Assembly: GCA_964642305.1 (NCBI GenBank)
Contig: CAZXOE010000005.1
Coordinates: forward strand, 13,369 to 77,368
From: an uncultured Candidatus Saccharibacteria bacterium
GTDB taxonomy: Bacteria > Patescibacteriota > Minisyncoccia > Phycocordibacterales > UBA1550
Reading direction: 5' to 3'
DNA: 64,000 nt
Part shown: in pieces, positions 60,889 to 64,000 of the stretch
Position numbering within the stretch: the stretch's first letter is position 1
How the letters are laid out: each line of letters starts with the position of its first letter
Translations under genes and position numbers: made by a program
Notes under the pieces: generated by a model
What the model was told of the DNA's origin: nothing
The model's input: the letters and a program-made list of their open reading frames with translations, nothing else
The model's database searches: none

Positions 60889-61302
60889 TTATTCTACCTT
60901 TGCAAACGACTCTCCTCCACCCAAAACAGTCATCACTTTTTCCACAACCTCTGATGGAGTAGCAGAAGCTTTTATCACATACCCATTTGCTCCGAGCGAG
61001 CGACCTTTTTCAATATCAGTTGGCTGACCAAGATTCGAGAGCACAAGAACCTTTGCGTCTGGAGCAAGTTTTTCACTCTTAATAATATTTAAAAGTTCAA
61101 AACCGTCCATTGTAGGCATCACTACATCAAGAAGCATAATATCGGGGACAATTCCACCCTTTAGTTTGTTTAGCGCATCCACGCTTCCAAAAGCTTGCAC
61201 AACATCAAACCCCTTCTCCTTAAATTTGAATGTGTACATATCAAGAAGAAACTTGTCATCATCTACGATAAAAATCTTTTTAGGTATTGCTGTTGGTTCC
61301 AT
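60889..61302 (-). CDS. Single-domain response regulator (CheY/PilH-like)
   Basis: DD...D receiver signature IFIVDDDKF, LLDVVMP, and the conserved Lys in VIKAS. Confidence 0.8.
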   Translation of the reverse strand: MEPTAIPKKIFIVDDDKFLLDMYTFKFKEKGFDVVQAFGSVDALNKLKGGIVPDIMLLDVVMPTMDGFELLNIIKSEKLAPDAKVLVLSNLGQPTDIEKGRSLGANGYVIKASATPSEVVEKVMTVLGGGESFAKVE

Positions 61303-61395
61303 AATAGATACAGTATATCACTGAGAAGTTTTTAAGCAAAGGATAGACTTCGAAACAGCGGTGCTGTTAGTTGTCCCGAATGTTCCCCCTGTTCC

Positions 61396-63120
61396 CTATA
61401 GTGTATTTATCTCCTGAAATGGCACAATCTTATCCATACTTTTCAAAATAGCATCTTCTTTCATAGAAATCATCCCTTTTTTGCGAGCAGATTCATAAAG
61501 ACGCGGTTCTGTCGGCTCGGCTAAAATAATTTTTTCTATATCTTTATCAACATTAAATACCTCAAACACAGCGAGGCGTCCCCTTGTCCCAGATGAGCAC
61601 TCGGCTGTTTGAATTGCTTCACAAAGAGGTCTTCCAATATTAAGTTTACTCTTAAACTCATCTGGAAGATCCTGGAACTGTTTCTCTATCATCATTCCAA
61701 TTGCTCCATCGTTTGGAACCTCCTTTTCTGCGCCAGGGCAAACTTTTTTTACAAGACGTTGTGCTACAGAAAGTATCAGTGTTGGTGAAATAAGGTATGG
61801 GTCTATTCCCATTTCTACAAGACGCGGAATAGCACCAATAGCAGTGTTCGTGTGCAGAGTAGAAAGAACAAGGTGTCCAGTAAGAGCCGCCTGAATTGCA
61901 AGCTGTGCTGTTTCTGCATCGCGGATTTCACCAACCATAATAATATCCGGGTCTTGACGGAGAGTAGTGCGAAGCCCTGTAGCAAAAGTATAACCAATCT
62001 CCGGGCGAACCTGAGACTGATTGATTCCTATCATATTATATTCAACTGGGTCTTCAAGAGAAACAATGTTTCTTGTTTCCTTGTCTAATTCATTAAGCAT
62101 TGAATATAGCGTTGTGGACTTACCAGAACCAGTAGGGCCTGTTATTAGAATAATCCCGTACGGACGAGCAAGAGCGCTTTTTACTAAAGCAAGGTGCTCT
62201 GGGCGAAAACCAATATTATCGAGCTTCTGAACACCCTTTTGTGTGTCCAAGATACGCATCACAACTTTTTCTCCATAGTACGCTGGAAAAGTAGACACGC
62301 GAAAATCAATCTTCCGTCCGTCTATGCGGGCCGAAAAACGACCGTCTTGTGGTTTCCTTTTTTCATCAAGTTTGAGCGACGCTAGAATTTTTATACGAGC
62401 CACGACAGAGTTGTGAACATCTGCTGGTAAAATAAGGCTTGTAAAAAGTTCACCATCAACACGAAAACGCACGCGCACGTTCTCGCCAGTGTGCTCAATA
62501 TGCACGTCAGAAGCGCCTCCCTCGGTCGCGTGTCTTAGAATAACTGCTGTAATTTTTGCTACAGGCGCGTCCTCAACAACATGCGTTTCTTTTTTTGCTT
62601 CAGCTCCCTCTTTATCTTCAGTTTTTTTAATTAACGCCTCCTTATCTACATCTTTGATATCAACCTCGAGCTCGGAAAGAGCTTTTGTGACCTCGCCAGT
62701 TAGACCACGATAACTTTCAAGAATTACATTTAGATCGTCGTTTGATATAAGGAAAATTTTAAACGGCATCCCAAGCTTTGTCGCGATGAATTGTAGAGCA
62801 TCACGAGCTTCTATATTTTCTGGGTCTGTGATTCCAATTTCAAGAACTTCGTTCGCTACAGCAATAGGCGCAAAACGATAATAAGACGCAGAGTCTTCGG
62901 GTATATATTTTAAGATTTCAAAATCCACACCTTTCCCTTTCAGGTCACGTGTTGGTAGATTGTAATAAAACCCACGCCCTTTAAGAATATTTTCTTTTGT
63001 GACACCAGCATTTGTGAGAACCTCCTCAATTGAAATTCCATCACTAAGACTCTTAGAAAGAACGGGGATATCTTCCTTTTTTATGATTCCATGAAGCGCA
63101 AATGTGTCTAGAATTGCCAT
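61396..63120 (-). CDS. pilB: Type IV pilus assembly ATPase PilB/GspE
   Basis: N-terminal GSPII domain; Walker A GPTGSGKSTT; tetra-Cys zinc site. Confidence 0.9.
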   Translation of the reverse strand: MAILDTFALHGIIKKEDIPVLSKSLSDGISIEEVLTNAGVTKENILKGRGFYYNLPTRDLKGKGVDFEILKYIPEDSASYYRFAPIAVANEVLEIGITDPENIEARDALQFIATKLGMPFKIFLISNDDLNVILESYRGLTGEVTKALSELEVDIKDVDKEALIKKTEDKEGAEAKKETHVVEDAPVAKITAVILRHATEGGASDVHIEHTGENVRVRFRVDGELFTSLILPADVHNSVVARIKILASLKLDEKRKPQDGRFSARIDGRKIDFRVSTFPAYYGEKVVMRILDTQKGVQKLDNIGFRPEHLALVKSALARPYGIILITGPTGSGKSTTLYSMLNELDKETRNIVSLEDPVEYNMIGINQSQVRPEIGYTFATGLRTTLRQDPDIIMVGEIRDAETAQLAIQAALTGHLVLSTLHTNTAIGAIPRLVEMGIDPYLISPTLILSVAQRLVKKVCPGAEKEVPNDGAIGMMIEKQFQDLPDEFKSKLNIGRPLCEAIQTAECSSGTRGRLAVFEVFNVDKDIEKIILAEPTEPRLYESARKKGMISMKEDAILKSMDKIVPFQEINTL

Positions 63121-63123
63121 AAA

Positions 63124-63591
63124 TTAAATTCCTGAATCAAAATCACCATACATATCAAACGGAATATCAAACTGTGAATCAACAACGGACACAGGCTGTG
63201 TATTTTGTTGAGTAGAGCTGTTTTTTGCTATAGATTCCTCCATCGCCTTCATTTTCAATTTCCATACTGTTGGCAGAAACGGGTTTTCTCTTCCTACTTC
63301 CTCATCTGGCACAGTCACAGAAAAATTTTCAAGGTTGCCAAAGGAGGGTAAGTCAAAAAATACTTTTGACCTAGCAACAGCATCTGAAAGCTCCCTAAGG
63401 TCTCTCACAGTGGAGTCAATTTCTATGCCAATAGATGCTGTTTGCTCTACGACTCTCGCCACAGATATTTTAGGCGTTACAATTTCTTTTTCCTTTTTTA
63501 AAAAAACAAAATAACCTGCTACAAAAACTCCGACAATAACAACTCCGGTAAAAATATTCACTATTAATGTTTTTATTTGTTCTTGTTGCAT
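63124..63591 (-). CDS. Membrane-anchored protein, possibly PilN/PilO-like; start set at the internal Met to exclude repeat copy C
   Basis: One TM after MQQEQIKTLIV; the track ORF N-terminus lies inside the repeat. Confidence 0.4.
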   Translation of the reverse strand: MQQEQIKTLIVNIFTGVVIVGVFVAGYFVFLKKEKEIVTPKISVARVVEQTASIGIEIDSTVRDLRELSDAVARSKVFFDLPSFGNLENFSVTVPDEEVGRENPFLPTVWKLKMKAMEESIAKNSSTQQNTQPVSVVDSQFDIPFDMYGDFDSGI

Positions 63592-63597
63592 ATGATT

Positions 63598-63757
63598 ATT
63601 AGCGACGTAGAGCGAGCGAAATGAAAAAATAATTTTTTTCATTTCCGAGCCGAGAAGCTAATATAGATATAATACCACGTGGCTCGCCACGTGAACAGTA
63701 CGAGCGAAGCGAGTTCTACCAATACCTCGGGGCTCTGCCCCGAGGGTTCTCTATTTT
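63598..63757 (+). repeat. Copy C (short form, 160 bp) of the structured repeat family
   Basis: ATTAGCGACGTAGAGCGAGCG ... CCGAGCCGAGAAGCTAATATA ... GAGCGAAGCGAGTTC ... CCTCGGGGCTCTGCCCCGAGG. Confidence 0.8.
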
Positions 63758-64000
63758 AAAGAATATGTCTCGATTGCCATTGAGTACTGGTATGTTGGAG
63801 TCGGAGGCGTTTTTGTAGCTTTTGTACCTGCATCAGACGCAACAGGAGAAAACGATAGTGATATGACATCAACCAGACCCAAACTTTTTTCAAGATCATA
63901 GAGAAAAGCTTGGAAAGTTTCAAATGTAGATGTAAATGTGAAGCTTGCCTTTGTTGTAGCATATTTCTCTTCTTTGTTTGCCGTCCCCATCACACCTTGC
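63751..64000 (-). CDS. Hypothetical protein, possibly truncated at the window edge
   Basis: 80 aa ORF reaching the last bases of the window; weak call. Confidence 0.25.
   Translation of the reverse strand, partial: QGVMGTANKEEKYATTKASFTFTSTFETFQAFLYDLEKSLGLVDVISLSFSPVASDAGTKATKTPPTPTYQYSMAIETYSLK

Overview
This 64 kb window is AT-rich (roughly 40% GC by eye), compact and almost entirely coding, with most genes on the minus strand. The gene content suggests a small-genome bacterium, possibly Patescibacteria/CPR; this is an inference from the type IV pilus cluster, the giant Cys-rich surface proteins, homing endonucleases among tRNAs, gatCA and short genes. Core genes recognised: rpsA (3' part), an ECF sigma factor with a putative anti-sigma partner, a DEAD-box helicase, an ABC-F ATPase, an SDR, two Fic proteins, a CopB-type Cu P-type ATPase, a Pif1-like helicase, a rhodanese, a GDSL hydrolase, MscS, a complete cyoABCD-cyoE quinol oxidase operon, DoxX, pyrG, ftsEX, prfB, a NUDIX hydrolase, gatCA and ligA. 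A type IV pilus locus is present (four pilins or pseudopilins, two major-pilin paralogs, pilD, pilC, pilT, pilB, a CheY-like regulator and a GIY-YIG protein). Six tRNAs are present: Gln, Thr x2, Asp, Met and fMet. No rRNA or CRISPR was seen. Main hunt results are as follows. (1) A previously unannotated repeat family with three copies (337, 159 and 160 bp) built from conserved blocks plus three hairpins whose stems co-vary between copies; one copy interrupts an HTH-LAGLIDADG gene. (2) Two att-like direct repeats, the 3' 19 bp of tRNA-Gln and the 3' ~30 bp of the ABC-F gene, bounding small integrase-less cargo islets, one carrying a class II Fic protein. (3) A tRNA array interleaved with LAGLIDADG endonuclease genes. 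(4) A 135 bp tRNA-derived hairpin element ending in CCA between the two tRNA-Thr genes. (5) A 25 nt module (inverted-repeat arm plus TATAATAAT) directly abutting two start codons. (6) A nuclease/HD (ppGpp-hydrolase-like)/NYN gene string beside the tRNA-Gln hotspot. (7) A GC-rich structured region upstream of the pilin gene. (8) Duplicated two-gene surface-protein cassettes. (9) Clearly GC-rich, probably horizontally acquired genes, the NUDIX gene being the clearest. All product calls are from motif recognition by eye; no searches were run.
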